Source: Selaginella moellendorffii (taxonomy: Eukaryota > Plantae > Lycopodiophyta). From it: a DNA stretch of 64,000 bases. Made by a program: the position numbers and the translations under genes. This document shows positions 1 to 12,270 of this stretch, one piece after another (position 1 is the first letter of the stretch; each line of letters starts with the position of its first letter). The notes beneath the pieces are model-generated. The model did not search any database and had not been told where the DNA came from. It was given only the letters and a program-made list of their open reading frames with translations. Where the stretch lies: NCBI RefSeq assembly GCF_000143415.4, contig NW_003314287.1:208203-272202 (forward strand), read 5' to 3'.

Positions 1-3000
1 TGATGGGTTTGAATGTCCAAATTGCTTATAATATTTCTTTATCAAGTTTTTCAGGCATTGCTAGTCTTCTTTTGATTGATTCTTCTTGGTTGATTTCGTA
101 ATGTATTACCATTTGCAGTTAAGGAATGATGTCCTTGAGTGGTGTTAGGGCTTCTAAGTTGTAGGCGAGCTTGAATGGTATCAAATTTTTTAAAACTTTA
201 TATGTAGTTCAATATACCTATAGAGCATTATAGATGTGATCATCCCAATCTTTCTAATTTGTCTTTACAATTTTCTTGAAGATGTTCTTGAGTGTCTTGT
301 TTGTAGACTTTGCTTGACTATTGCCTTGAGGGTAGTATGGTGTTGAAGCCTTGTGCTTGGTCATGAATTCTTAAGTCAGAATCTTGATGGTTTCGTTGAT
401 GAAGTGTGTTCATCGATCCCTAATAGGTTCTAGAGGTAGGGTGTATCTTATGATGATATTTTTATAGATGAACTTTGTTGTGTTCTTTGTTGTTGGAATC
501 TTTATTGATTGAGTTTCAACTCATTTTGTCATGTAGTTAGTCATTATAAGGATGTGCTTGTTTTGCTTGGAGCTTGTTATGAGTGGTCCAATGAAGTCAA
601 GTCCCCATCATTGAAATGGTTCTAGTGGTGTTGTTGGATGAAGCTCTTGAGTTTATTTCTTTGGTGTGTACTTGGTTTGTTGATAAATATCACATTCTTG
701 ATAAAATTTTACTGAGTCATACCAAAGTGTTGGCCACTAGAGTTTTACTTGCAAAATCTTGTAAGCTGTGATTTTTTCTGCAAAGTGGCCTCTTGCATGT
801 CCATAGTGGGCTTCTTTGAGTAGATCTTGAATTTCTTTAGGTTGTATACATCTTCATAGTACATTGTCTTGTCCTTTCTTGTATAGTCTTCTTCCCCTGA
901 TTGAATATAGTCTTGTCCTCAAGACAAATTATTTACAGTGATCAGAGGTGGAGTATTGACTTGGTATTGTTATTATTGTGAGGTAGTAGTACATGTCATT
1001 TGTCCATATTAGTGATGTGTGGATGCGAAGTATGTTGGAGTCAGGAAAGTTATCCATATTATATTTCAGCTGTTCGCCAATTGTAATGCGGCTGAGGTGG
1101 TTAGCTTGTTCATGTTGTTTACTGAGTTTGTGAATAATGTCAAAGTTATATTCTTGAAGCAGTAAGAACTATTGGGAAATTCCACTGGTAAGATGGTCTT
1201 GTTGAGGAGGTGTAAAAATGTGTGGTCAACCATAATCTTGACTTTGGTGTAGAGTAGGTAGTGTCTAAACTTTTGTAATGCGTAGATCATTCCTAAGGCT
1301 TCTTTTTTGGTGGTGGTATAGTTCATCTCAGCTAAGTTGAGTCTTCAGCTAATAGAGTAGATTGGTCAATCTTTAAAGTCTTGTTGTTGTTGAAAAAGTA
1401 TTGCTCCGATGGCATAGTTGGAGGCATCGACTTGTGTGTTGAAGTTTTTGTCCTAGTTTGGTTGGGCGAGTACTATAGCTCTTGTCAATGAATTCTTGAG
1501 CATGTTGAATGCTTATTGACAGTCTTGAATCCAGTTGTAAATATGATTTTTCTTGAGAAGCTTTGTAAGGAATTTTGCAATCTTTACATAATCTTTGATG
1601 AAGCATCGATGGTATCCCATTTTACTAAGGAAAGATCGTAGTCTGGTGATGTTTGTTAGATGTTGCATGTTAATGATGGCAAGTGTTTTAGCTTTGTCAA
1701 TGAGGATGCTTCTTTGCAGATGATATGTCCAAGTAGGATGCCAAATTTGACGAAGAAGGTAGATTTCTTGGGGTTTAAGGTGATGTTGTTCTCTCAACAT
1801 TTGATAAAGCATTTCTCAAAATGTTAGAGATGTTGTTCTTTGTTGCTAAAGATGCTGAAGTCATCTATAAAAACTCACATGAAGTCGGTGAAGTAGTCTC
1901 GAAATATGTTAGTGATGATTCTCTAGAAGTAAATGGTGCATTAGAAAGACCAAAAGGCATTCATAAATAAGCATAAGTGCCCCAAGCACTAATGAAGGCT
2001 GTCTTGTGCTGATCTTCATGTGTGATGTGAACTTGATTGTAACCGTTAAAACCGTTGTGTCCAGCTATTGTGTCAAGAATTTCATTGGAGAATGGAATTG
2101 GGAAGGTGTTTTTTCAAGTTGCATCGTTGAGCTTTTTGTAATTGACACAAACTCTGAGTTTGCCACTTTTCATGGGGATAATAACAAGTGGTGATAGCCA
2201 TTCTAAGTTTTGAATTGGGTAGATGAAGTTGGTGTTCTCAAGCTTGTCAAATTCTTCTTTAACTTTCACTTGCATATTGGGGTTCATTTGATGGGCTGCT
2301 TGCTTTCTTGGCATAGTTTAAGGTAGAAGCTTGATTTGGTGCATGCAGATCTCAAAAGGAATTCCTCACAAATATATATATGACTAAATAAAAACTTCTT
2401 TGTATCTATTAAGATGATTGATTGCTTTTGTCTTGAAGTCAAGGTCAAGGTCTTTAGTGATGTAGAGCTTCTTTGGTTTGATCTTTAGTTCTTAAGTTGA
2501 TTTCTTCAGTTGGTTTTTCAAGATTGAGCATTGATGTGAGTCGAGTTTTTTCTTATTGAAGTGTTGGGTCTTCTTCAAAATGGATTTGTTGATAAATCAG
2601 TTGAAGTTTTTTAAGTTTGATTCTTGGTTGATCTCGTTGCTTTTTTATTTCAGTTGGTGTTTCAATAGGTGTCAAGTTTTCGTGACTTGGGAATTTGTCT
2701 TCAAGGTTGTTTTCTTGAGTATCAGGATTTGTTGGTAGTGTGTACTATTTTTCAGGATGACTCAGTTGAGATCAACTTCGATGAGAGGCTTTAACTCTAG
2801 TATATGCCTTCAAGATTTGTGCTTCTTCGTAGTCATCAAGACTTTCATTCCAATTGTATTGTTTGATGATGGTTGGTCAAAATTTCTTTGTGATCTTCTT
2901 TGCTGTAGTTGTGGAGATTTGAGGGGCTTCTTGATACTTTCCAAAGGTAATTGTGTTTTCTTGCCAGTATATGATGACATCAGCTATCTTGAGCCAAGTT

Positions 3001-4790
3001 CGTTTGAAGAGTACTTCATAGGAACTTTAGTCTTTTGCCATTTTGAGCATGATGAAAGTTACCTTAAATTTTTAATCCTTGATCTTGATAGGAATATTGC
3101 ACATGATTCCTAATAGTTGTACACTTCAATTGTTGGCCATCTTGACATTGAAGGGTGCAAGGTGTTGGCCTAAGTCCCATTACTTTGCAGGTTGAATACT
3201 CAATAATGTTGACACTTGCATTGCCATTGATGATTGCTTGTGGAACTTTGTTCTTTCCTATCATTATTGAGATATATGGTACATCTTAGTCGAAGTTGCC
3301 GGGTTGAATGTGGTCTTGTGGGATTAAGAGTTGTTGGTCTTTTTCTTGACTTGAGTTGAATTTGCTAGTGGTGAAGCTTGACAGATCTTGAGAAGTTGTT
3401 TCTCAAGTATTGAGTGACCTGTAAAAGCTCTTAGAGGGTGAATGTGACACCTTGTCAAAGAATGTTGGTGATGAGCTTTAGTTATTCCTCTTTTCTTGAT
3501 AGAGTCTATGTCACATTTTCCTGATCATCTTCAATTTCAAGTAGTTGTTGTTGAAAGTTTTGTTAGATTATGTCAACTAGTTTTTTGCTTTGTTACCATT
3601 TGTATCTTGAGATTTCTTGTACTTTGTCTTGGGGTTATTGTTCTTTAATTTCTTTGTAGAGGTTGTCTTCAAGATTGTAGTGTTCTTTTTGACTTCGAGT
3701 TAGAGCTCATATCTTAGATTCATTTTCATAGTATTCATCTTGGACTAGTTTGATATTGACATTTCTTGTTGTTGGAGGAGGTTTTATATTTTGTTGATTT
3801 TGCTGAGAAGAATGATTTCCTTGATTTTGTTGTTAATAATGAAGTCAAAATTCTTGAGTTTGAGGTTGTTGTTAATAGTTGTTGTAAGGGAGTGCTCTGG
3901 GTGGTGGATTATATTGTTGATTTTGCTAATGGTAGTTCCGTTGGTGAGGAGGTGGTCTCCATTATTGATTATTTTGGTATGATTATTGATAGTTATTTTG
4001 TCAAAGAAGTGGTCTCCATTATTAGTTGTCTCGATAAAGCTGTTGATATGTTTGTTGATATGGTTGCTGATACTAATTGTTTTGGTAGCAGTCATTGTAT
4101 TGTCAATGGTCTCTCAAGTTACATTATACGTACCTTCATTCTGGTAGTTTCGGCTGCCATTGTTGTTGTTCTTGTCAAGGTTGATTGTACTATCTTTTAG
4201 TTGGAGTTAGAGTTTGAGGTGTGTTCTTAATTCAAGTTACTTTAGCTGTTCCTTGGTATTGACAGATTTTTGCTGTGTATTCTTCTCTTTTGCAGATCTA
4301 ACACTTAGGAATTCGTAACTTACATTTTGTGGCAGTATGTCTTTTGTTCTTGCATTTCATATACCATACTCCTTCTTTAAGTTCATTCTTGATTGTAACT
4401 TTCTTAAGTATTTTGGTGAGTTTTTAATTCTTGTCTTTCTTCTTGACTTCAAGTTTGTAATCTTCTTCGTCGTCAGAAGAGTCTATGCAACGTTTGCACC
4501 AACTTTGACGACACTTTTTTCTCAAGCTTGTGAGTGGTGTCATCACTCTTCTATAGGCCTGGTACTGAGCTAAGATTTCCACTGGTGTTCAAAATGCTAT
4601 GTTGTTAAATGCAAGATGGGAGCACTCTATATTTGCTATAGCAAGTTTAGGAGGCCTCAAGGAGTTCTGGAGGAAGCTTGGGATATCACTAAAGCAAATT
4701 GGTTCTCCATGCAATGTAGCCATAGAATGCTGTGAATTCTCGAGATGGAAGTGCATGGCCTTTGGGGTACCCTCTTTATGGCATTAGGCC
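1..4790 (-). mobile_element. Degenerate Ty3/gypsy internal region (gag-PR-RT-RH-INT), probably non-chromovirus; runs off the left edge
   Basis: Minus-strand fragments lie in gypsy order: protease-like AIINGNASVNII (3064-3264), RT start WLSPLVIIPMKSGKLRVCVNYKKLNDAT (2114-2314), RT thumb (1513-1812), RNase H NYTTTKKEALGMIYALQKFRHYLL (1066-1326), integrase-like sequence below ~850. Many stops. Confidence 0.85.
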
Positions 4791-4859
4791 ACTAGTATGC
4801 GAAAATTATGCTAACCACTATTTGACATTGTTTTGTATGCAGAAGCTAGATACAGGGAG

Positions 4860-6985
4860 TTGGTGCTCATAAGGGATATTGAGTGTATACTAGACCCTTG
4901 TTATGTAACACAATAAACTCGAAGCTTTAGTGTGCTATACTTGATATAAGAAGAATTTATCTTAGTGATTCTTATCCAACTTTTGTTAGAGTTTTTTACT
5001 CTAATTACTATATAAAGACTTTTCTAGTATATTTGAAGTGATTTGTGTAGGGTTAGATTGCACCATTCAGTAAGAACATTATATGTATGTTCAGTTATTG
5101 ATAGAGGCATATATGCAGCTGGTGTGATGGTGAAAAGGAACCATACTGATGATGTTGAAATCTTTATATGAGTGAATTGAGAGGAGGAAACTCCTACTGG
5201 AGATGCTATAGAAGAGGCTAAAGTTGAGTCAAAAGAGGAAGAGCCTAAGGCTGCAGCATTGTAGTGTATAGCTTAAAACATTGAGATTGAGAATTTACAA
5301 AAGGAAGTTCACAAATTAAAAAAAGAAAACTAAGAAGAAAAAGAAAGAAGCTAAGACAACTAAACTAGTTAAATCTAAGCAATAAAACTCCTCTTCCAGT
5401 TCTAAGGACAATAAAGTTTTGCAACCATCTCTGATTGCATGAGTTTCAAAGTTCAAGCCCCCAAAACCACCCAATTTTAGAGGCATGTAGGACTATCAAG
5501 TTTTGGAAGACTAAGTTTATGATATGAAAAACTATTTTATAGCGACAAATATAGATGATCATATGAAAGTTGCATATATGTAGTCCTTTCTCACTGATCA
5601 TGACAAAACTTATATACACTGTAAAAGGGTAGACTAGAAATTGGACTAAGATGTGGTCTCATATCCATAAGGAATACTTGCTAAATTATCTTGGTCTAAG
5701 ACTTTGTGTAGAGCTACAGTAGCTAAAGCAGCATGGAGACTTTATACACTATGTTAATGTATTTATTTAGAAATGTATTATGATTGTAAATATAAGTGAC
5801 AAAGATACTTGAAGGTTTAGGTTCACTTTTTTGTAATAAGATTTTGAAGTTTAAACCGAAGACGTATCTAGAGTGTGTTGAAACTAATATCTAAAATATT
5901 AGTCTCAGCTATTGAGATTTATGTGGAGAAACTCCGCCAAAGTTGGTCTAGGGCAACTAAGGCGATAGGTAAAGCTCAAGATAAGTATTAACGTGATAGA
6001 TCATCAGTTGAGATATAACTTATCAAATGGGAGACCAAGTGTGGTTATCCTCACGAAATTTACTTGTTAAGGGGTCTTTGACCCAGAAGTTGTTACCAAG
6101 ATATATTTGGCCCTATGAGTGTTAAAGTAATGGTGATGTATCCTATAAGTGAATCGTCTAGATGAGTTATCCTATATTCATGATATGTTTCATGTCAATT
6201 TACTAGCACTATATCATGTTTATGCAAATTGCTCTATAAACATTCATCCCCCTCTAAAAGTTATGGATGGTGACTTTGAATATGAGGTTGAGTTAATTCT
6301 CTTGTCCTAAAATATGTGAATCTACCTAGGAACCTCTTAATAATCTTACACATGTCCGTGAACTTATCATGAAGTATGAGAATCATAATAAAGAGTAGCT
6401 TTTGTAATCCTTTGTAATTACATTTCAATTAAACATTTCTTTTGTTCATTAGTTTTAGGTCAGTTTTGCAAGTTGGCTTTGGCACTAGGTTCAATCTATA
6501 ACTATGGGGATAACTATTATAGACTAATCACAAGTCCCTGCCTCTCTTTTGTTGACTTATTTTTGTAAAAGGGGCATGGTCATGTAAATAATATTATCTG
6601 CCAATTTATAATAGTTGTCTAAATCTTCCCGATAGGGTTGATTTGTGCTTAGAGGAGTTGGGCCTCTATCTCTCTCTATATATATCCTTGTAAGCATAAC
6701 TATATTATTCCTCTATAAACTGAGTGGTACTTAGAGTAGTAAAGGTGGCTAATTCTGTTAGTCATTTCCTTTTTAGTGATGGCTGGAGGGTTATTTGAGT
6801 GTTAGCATCTTTAAACATGAAGGAGAGGTAGTTCCTTCACTCATTTAAGTTGTCATATTTCCTATAAAGTGTGCTTTTTACTAACTTTCTTAGTTGTTTC
6901 CTTGATGGTTTGCTAAATCCTAGCCCCAAGTCATAAGGATACTAGATATGCCAATCCCATTTAGTACCATGCTCACCTCTATCAT
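4860..6985 (+). mobile_element. Heavily decayed LTR-retrotransposon remnant (gag-like, integrase C-terminus-like, 3' non-coding region related to family C)
   Basis: 6460-6720 aligns by eye with 48945-49190 and with the reverse complement of 21440-21680. Remnants of gag and integrase C-terminal coding at 5400-6350. Confidence 0.5.
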
Positions 6986-7224
6986 ATTAATGTGAGACAC
7001 AAAATCCCTAGGCCCCAAAGTGGAGCTAGAAAGGGTGCCACGTGGTAGTGGCCGAAGTGAAAGCCAAACGAGTGTAACACGTTTGGACTAAAAGCTCTGA
7101 CTTGAAAGGTCGAGAGCAGGAGTGGAACTCCCAACAAAGTGCTCAAGGAGCGAGCACAAAGCGAGCAATAAGCAAGGCTCCAAAAAGGGACCCAAAAAGG
7201 ACCAACACGTGACACGTGGAAGTG

Positions 7225-7810
7225 TCCGAGATGGAGTCCGAGACGGACCCTAGTTGGAGTCCGAGATGGACCCGAAGTGGAGTCCGATATGGAGTCCGAA
7301 GTGGAGTCCGAGATGGAGTCCGATATGGAGCCCGAGATGGACCCGAAGTGGAGTCCGAGGTGGACAAAGACGGAGTCCAAGATGGACCCAAGATGGAGTC
7401 CGAGATGGACCCGAGATGGAGTCCGAGATGGAGTCCGAGGTGGACCGAGACGGAGTCCGAGATGGACCCGAGATGGAGTCCGAGATGGAGTCCGAGATGG
7501 ACCCGAGATGGAGTCCGAGGTGGACCGAGACGGAGTCCGAGATGGACCCGAGATGGAGTCCGAGATGGACCGAGACGGAGTCCGAGATGGAGTCCGAGAT
7601 GGAGTCCGAGATGGACCGAGATGGAGTCCGAGATGGAGTCCGAGATGGAGTCCGAGATGGACCGAGACTGGGACCGAGACCGAGACCGGGACCAAGACCG
7701 GGACCGAGACCGAGACCGAGGCCAAGGCTGAGACTGAGCCCGAGCCCGAGTCCGAGTCTGAGTCCAAGGCCGAGTCCGAGTCCGAGTCTGAGTCCGAGTT
7801 CGAGTCTGAG
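7225..7810 (+). repeat. Minisatellite in the family A LTR (12-mer GAGATGGAGTCC with 10/11-mer variants, then GAGACC/GAGTCC hexamers)
   Basis: Tandem units are directly visible. Arrays of different length occur at 11783-11872 plus 17470-17820, 26150-26350, 31385-31910 and, inverted, at 50642-50890. Confidence 0.95.
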
Positions 7811-8809
7811 AGGGTGAAAGCCCAAAGCGTTCGTCTCCCAGACCCTGGGGGGTTTGGTGAGCTCCAAAAGTATAGTAAGGGGGAGGACTGCAGTGGAGCC
7901 AGTTTGGCCAGGAAAGGCCAGTTTGGCCCAGGAAGGCCGGACCCAGTGTTGGGTGATGAGCTGACCACTGGGAAGTCCAAGACTAGAGTGAACATGAACC
8001 AACAAGCGGGGTAGCTTGGTGAAGTGTTCAAGAGCCAACTCTAGTTCCCCCAGGAGATCAATTGGCCGATGCTCCCAGTCCAAATGTGGGTGGCACTACC
8101 TACTTGGATACTAGGCGTGGCTCAACGGAATCTCGCTGTAAGCCCATGGCTAGAGCACCTAAAGGCGATAGGTGGGGAGAGTACCCAGGTGGCTCGCGTA
8201 AGGCCACGGTGTTCCAAAATGTTGTCCCAAAGGCCTAGACTGTGGAAAGGAAGAGGAGCAGTCCTCTGGGGTAGTGACCAAGGACACAGTCATGTGGTGA
8301 GGAAGTCCCAGAGGACCGTGGGACTTAGTGGTCGGGCCTGTGGGCCTCGATCCAGTGGCAGTGTTGGCAAACACGGCCAGGGGCAGAAAGGGACTTGGTA
8401 GGAATTGACAAAGGGACTTTGGGGAAGGCGATTCCCCAGGTCTGTGGGCATCCTAAGGATGCTAAGGGGTGGATCTAGGATGACCACTCATGGACACATG
8501 GCCCAGTCTTGGAGAGACGAGGTGGTGATGCAAGTGGTGTTGGACCACTAGTGCAGCAAAGGTGAATGGGCATGGCCTTAGCGTAACGGGCCGAGATGTC
8601 AGTGGTACCTTTGGGTGTTGGTCTTGGGACCAGACACGTGGAGCACTTGGACCAGGTGCAAGTGTTGAGTGGCATGGATGCCATTCTTGGGGCTAGCAAG
8701 TCCCAAGTCCTGAATTGGACTGATGGAGGTTGTGAATGAGACTCCTCCAAGTGGTCGGAGGTGTGGTTAAGTGACTAAAGTAGAATGGAAAATTTAGTCG
8801 CTTACAACT

Positions 8810-8821
8810 TGGTATCAGAGC
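8810..8821 (+). promoter_or_regulatory. Primer-binding site for initiator tRNA-Met (A1)
   Basis: TGGTATCAGAGC lies 3 nt after the LTR end. Confidence 0.93.
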
Positions 8822-11800
8822 TGTTCCTTAGTCTGACTTTTATTGGTGCTCAAGTATATCACCATTGATGTTGGCATTGGAAGGTCCTAGGAGTGGGCCT
8901 ATCCTTGAGGAGTAGCATGTCGAGAGTACATGGCTCTCCACTCAAGTTCATGTGTGAACTTGGGCACGATGTGGTGGATAGAAAAGGGCCAATAATAGAA
9001 CGACTTTGGGATTTTGGGAACAGTATGTGGTTTTCCTCAGAGAGTTGAGGATGTGATCCAGATGAGCGTTTGACTTAGCAAACTGGCTAATGTAGTTGTG
9101 GTAAACAACTATAGTTAGGATCACGGGAAAGATAAAGACTCCAAAACAATAAAGGAGTCACAATATTATCCTCACATAGTTGAGGTTGGTGCTCATGAAT
9201 GTGAGACCAAAAGTAATGACCGTGGGAGGTCAAATACGGAAGAGGACCCAAGTCCTTGAAATGGTAGCCAGGGCTACCTTTAATAACTGCTGGAACAACC
9301 CAAGGAGTTGGGGGGTGTACTTAGAGATGAGTTGGTATTCTCATCACATGGACAAAGTAGTCCTAAGGGGCAAAGGTTTCCCCCAGAGAAAAAAATCAAG
9401 TGTCAGAGTAACACTTGTGAAAATAGTCCTTTTGAGTAGGACAGGAATGCAAAAAGTGTATTCCAGTGAGCTAGTGCCTCACAAGTAGGACCTTACGGAT
9501 CTGTGGATTAACAGGTGTGAAGCCAAAAGCAAGAAGTAAGGGGATAGAACCGAACCATAGGAATCGAAAGGCATAACTAAGGTTGGTTATGCCAGCTGGG
9601 AGTGGAGAATCAAGTGGGGGCTCAAGGGTGTTGTTGCTAGCAACCATGATGCCATGGAGAGTCTAAAATATGGAATTGTCCATGTTAGACTATATGGTAA
9701 TTGGAAAGCTTGCAAAAAGGGAGGCCTTAGCAGCTAAGGGACAGAGGTCCTTCAAGGTTCCCAAAGACAATTCTAGGTAGCTTAGTACCTAGAAGGGCCA
9801 AGTGTAAATGGTTCATAGAACGCGTGAAACCAGAGTGGCGCAGCAGAAGCGTGGTCTTGAAGCTTGCCATGAGGCAAGGCTATCAAGGTTCGGGAAGTAG
9901 TTCCCGAGTGTTCAAAGAGAGGGCTTTGAACGAAAGTCGATGGACAAAGACTTTCACGCTTATGTAGTAACCATGTTACGTTGGTCGGAGGACTGGCCAA
10001 ACGAGATTGGCAAGTCGGGGGAACAAATACCCTAGTTGAAGGTGATAACTTCAAAAGGGTGGGCCATGGGGCCAAACATGGAGGAGTCCATGCATGATCA
10101 CAGACGTGTCAAGTGAGAGGACTTGGCAGTGTGGAGGAACTAGGTTCCTAAGCTGTGATTTATAGCGCGCTTTGAGTATAAGTTGGTGCACCGGCGTGGG
10201 GAGTCACGCCAGGCATCCTGGGTGATGCCGTCCGTAGATGCATATACAGAGGTTGGGTTCGAGTCCCGACCCTCTAGTGCTTGGGTTCGAGTCCCAAATC
10301 ACTAGGGCGTGGTGATGGTTTGGAATATGAGGACACTCATATTTCGGTGGTCATGGACTCTCAGTGAGGAGACTGGTTTGGGCACACCGCCAAGCGAGGG
10401 ATGCCTCGGAGTCGTGATGCACGGTTAGATTGCTTAGAGTGAAAGTTCGGCATATCTAACTTGAACACTTTTGTGCAAAGGGCACCAAGGACATGGTGAA
10501 TAAGATGGGGACACCCAGTCTCAGTTGCTATGGATCCTTGGCCGGAAGGGCTGGCTTGGGCGCACCGCCAAGTGTGGGGCATGCCCCCGGGGTCATAGTC
10601 AACAACTTAGAAGGGTCTGGAAGACCTAGTCTCTATTGATAAAGGTGTGGCTTGGTTGAGGTGACCAAGTGGGAAGAACACCTAAGGGAAATGAGCTATG
10701 TCAATGCTATGGAACCGAAAGGAAACCTCAAAAATGGAGGTAGCAATCTTATGTTGCTTGGTGCAACAATCCAAGGATAGGAGCAAAAGACGAGTGCCCA
10801 AGATAGGGCCATGGAATCCATTGGAAAGAATTCAAGTGGCAAAGTTAGCCAAGGAACACTAATGTGTTTGATGCTAACGGATTGCGGAAAAAGAAGTGGA
10901 TTTCCAAGGATGGATTCCCAAGTGCTCCAATTGGGCAAAGGAAAGGCTCCAAGTGAGGGAGCAACTAAGTAGCCAAAAGATAGGGCTATGGACAGCCCTA
11001 GCACAAATAATGATAAATGGAACGTAATGCCAATGGTGGCACAAAAATAGAAAAGAGGATGAGGGTGCCCTCGAGTAGAGAACTTCCTAGGAGGGGAAGT
11101 GGAGTTGCACAAAATGTGCAAGGCAAGGTGTCAGAGACGCTTAAGAAATTGACTCCAAAAAGTCAAGAGTAAACGTTCCCAAAGTGCAAAGGTAGATCAA
11201 TGGAATCTGTGACTACTCAAGAATGAGTAGTGGAATTGAGTTAGAGAGGGTGTCTCTAACGGGATTGGCGAGAACTGAACCAATAAAAAGGAGCAAACCA
11301 CCCTAGGTGGTCAAGTGAGTCTCTAAGTTGGAGAGACTATCCTCCTTAGAGGATGGGCAAGGCATGGTGAGCCTTTGGTGTCAAACCATTGACGAATATG
11401 GAGAAAGCATGGTGAGCCTTCAATGTCAAACCATTGACAAATATTGGCTAGGTGCCAAGGATGGGAATGGTAACACATGCGGTGTTACTTTATAAAATGG
11501 TTTACCGTTCGATGAGGACATCAAACTTCGTCTATGGGTGGTGGAGTTGTGAGACACAAAATCCCTAGGCCCCAAAGTGGAGCTGGAAAGGGTGCCACGT
11601 GGTAGTGGCCGAAGTGAAAGCCAAACGAGCGTAACACGTTTGGACTAAAAGCTCCGACTTGAAAGGTCGAGAGCAGGAGTGGAACTCCCAACAAAGTGCT
11701 CAAGGAGCGAGCACAAAGCGAGCAATAAGCAAGGCTCCAAAAAGGGACCCAGAAAGGACCAACACGTGACACGTGGAAGTGTCCGAGATGGAGTCCGAGA

Positions 11801-12270
11801 CGGACCCTAGTTGGAGTCCGAGATGGACCCGAGATGGAGTCCGAGATGGAGTCCGAGGTGGACCGAGATGGATGTCAAGACCCCCAACAAGATCAAGACT
11901 GGAAAATGCTAAAGACAAAGAGAAAAAGCTAGTGAAAACAAAGAAGAGGCCTTAGACTGGTGTTGATTCAGATTGTGGAGAAATGGAACAAGGCTAACCT
12001 ATATATACTATAGGTTGATGAAGCTCCACCACTCTTGGATCGAGGACAGCCTAAATACAGCTGAGGTCGAGGAGGTGCCACATCATCATCAGGAATGTGG
12101 CTCTAGACTCAGGAATCGGGAAGTGTCTCGAGAGTCAGGAATAGGGAAGTGTCTCGAGAGTCAGGAATAGAGAAGTGTCTCGAGAGTCAGGAATGTGGTC
12201 TGCAGGTCAGGAATCCGGCGAGAGTCAGGAATGTGGCAAGAATTGGGGGATTCCTGACAGCACCCCCTCC

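Noticed and set aside
3766-4200. N/I-rich and V/D-rich ORFs
   Set aside because: Low-complexity gag-protease linker of the decayed gypsy element, not a separate gene.
6982-8083. Long ORFs in several frames (349, 277 and 245 aa; likewise 17359-18093 and 31234-31974)
   Set aside because: They are translations of a stop-free LTR minisatellite on both strands, low complexity, and not conserved in frame between LTR copies.
10230-10310. tRNA gene
   Set aside because: T-loop motifs are present but I could not form a canonical acceptor stem, D arm and anticodon arm. Kept only as a structural finding.
12085-12259. CRISPR-like regularly spaced repeats in the B LTRs and A minisatellite
   Set aside because: No unique spacers and no cas genes; they lie within eukaryotic LTRs.
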